From contig OZ287697.1 in NCBI GenBank assembly GCA_965649825.1, positions 1,784,351 to 1,848,350 on the forward strand: a stretch of 64,000 nt of DNA, given 5' to 3'. The notes below the pieces were generated by a model that had not been told where the DNA came from, did not search any database, and saw nothing but the letters and a program-made list of their open reading frames with translations. Below, piece after piece: positions 63,414 through 64,000 of the stretch (its first letter is position 1; each line of letters starts with the position of its first letter). Position numbers and translations under genes: made by a program. The stretch comes from Penicillus capitatus (Eukaryota > Plantae > Chlorophyta).

Positions 63414-64000
63414 ATGCAGTCACCGGCCTCAGACGTCGGTCCCAGCGACGGAGGGCCATCCACACCGACAGTCCGTCGGCAGCTCGCTCGCTTCCCTTCG
63501 ACTGTCGGAGAAACCGACAAACCGAGACTCTTGCGAGCTGCCGTAAAGAGGAACAACATTAACGACCTGAAAGCACTGCTCACAACGTATAATGCGACGA
63601 CGGTTGCAGGAGAACGCGCCGTCCTGTTTGAATGGATCCGCAGCTTCTGCGAGCACGCCGCTGAAAATCTGACGGCCGAGAATGTCCTCGACTACTCAGA
63701 GATGACTAAAATCATCGTTCGCTTCGAGGAAGAAAAAGATGTTCTGAAGAAACTCGTCACAGATACCTGCTCCACTCTTTCTCAAGGAGAATTCCTCGGA
63801 AAGAACTACGCCACTGCCCTGTGCAGATCACTCATCTATGTCCGTCCTGCAGTTTACGGTGGAGGTGCACAATTGGCGGTTGTGGCAACGAAGCTTCTGG
63901 ACAGTCTCTGTGGAAGGCCGAAGCTTACGAGGGACAATTTTGCTGAGTATGAACCCACTTTTCTCGCACTTAGACAAACCTTCTTTCAGCTCCACGAAAG
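63414..64000 (+). CDS. Uncharacterised helical (ARM-like) protein N-terminus, 3'-partial
   Basis: Stop-free frame from ATG 63414 to the window end (about 195 codons; absent from the ORF track because it has no stop): MQSPASDVG...ENVLDYSEMTKII...LKKLVTDTCSTLSQGEFLGKNYATALCRSL...LALRQTFFQLHE. Confidence 0.7.
   Translation, partial: MQSPASDVGPSDGGPSTPTVRRQLARFPSTVGETDKPRLLRAAVKRNNINDLKALLTTYNATTVAGERAVLFEWIRSFCEHAAENLTAENVLDYSEMTKIIVRFEEEKDVLKKLVTDTCSTLSQGEFLGKNYATALCRSLIYVRPAVYGGGAQLAVVATKLLDSLCGRPKLTRDNFAEYEPTFLALRQTFFQLHE

Noticed and set aside
1-64000. Bacterial origin or a non-standard genetic code (TAA/TAG read as Gln, as in some ulvophytes)
   Set aside because: Spliceosomal introns are pervasive, and conserved proteins (IFT20, PurM) end at TAA exactly where expected.
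1-64000. rRNA, tRNA, snRNA or telomeric repeats
   Set aside because: None recognised by eye. A covariance-model search (tRNAscan-SE, Infernal/Rfam) would be needed to exclude small ncRNAs in the intergenic regions.

Overview
Eukaryotic nuclear DNA, most likely from a green alga (inferred from plastid-type RSH, S1-domain, Psb27 and PurM genes plus flagellar IFT20). It uses the standard genetic code and has very short spliceosomal introns (about 45-64 nt), so the ORF track fragments most genes. The window has two compartments. (1) A very compact housekeeping block at about 9.3-19.5 kb: RSH, SRRP1-like S1 protein, a ~39-aa helical-repeat OPR-like protein, IFT20, purM and psb27. From the S1 gene onward the gaps between CDSs are only 26-71 nt. 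(2) Flanking accessory DNA dominated by expanded families: three large Pmp-like beta-helix/Cys-rich/multi-TM surface-protein genes (one 5'-truncated), four intact F-box-like/LRR genes (two are a near-identical duplicate pair), an ARM-like gene running off the 3' end, and AT-drifted ORF-poor islands with apparent ghosts of LRR, TIR-like, ARM-like and Pmp-like genes. Two small secreted-protein genes appear only after splicing: a 12-aa tandem-repeat protein (KNTFVGKTYDPV x6) and a PAN/apple-like protein. PTRHD1 lies near the end. I could not support any rRNA, tRNA, CRISPR array or intact transposon. All gene models are manual predictions from splice signals and reading-frame continuity; all family calls are by motif recognition, with no database search.
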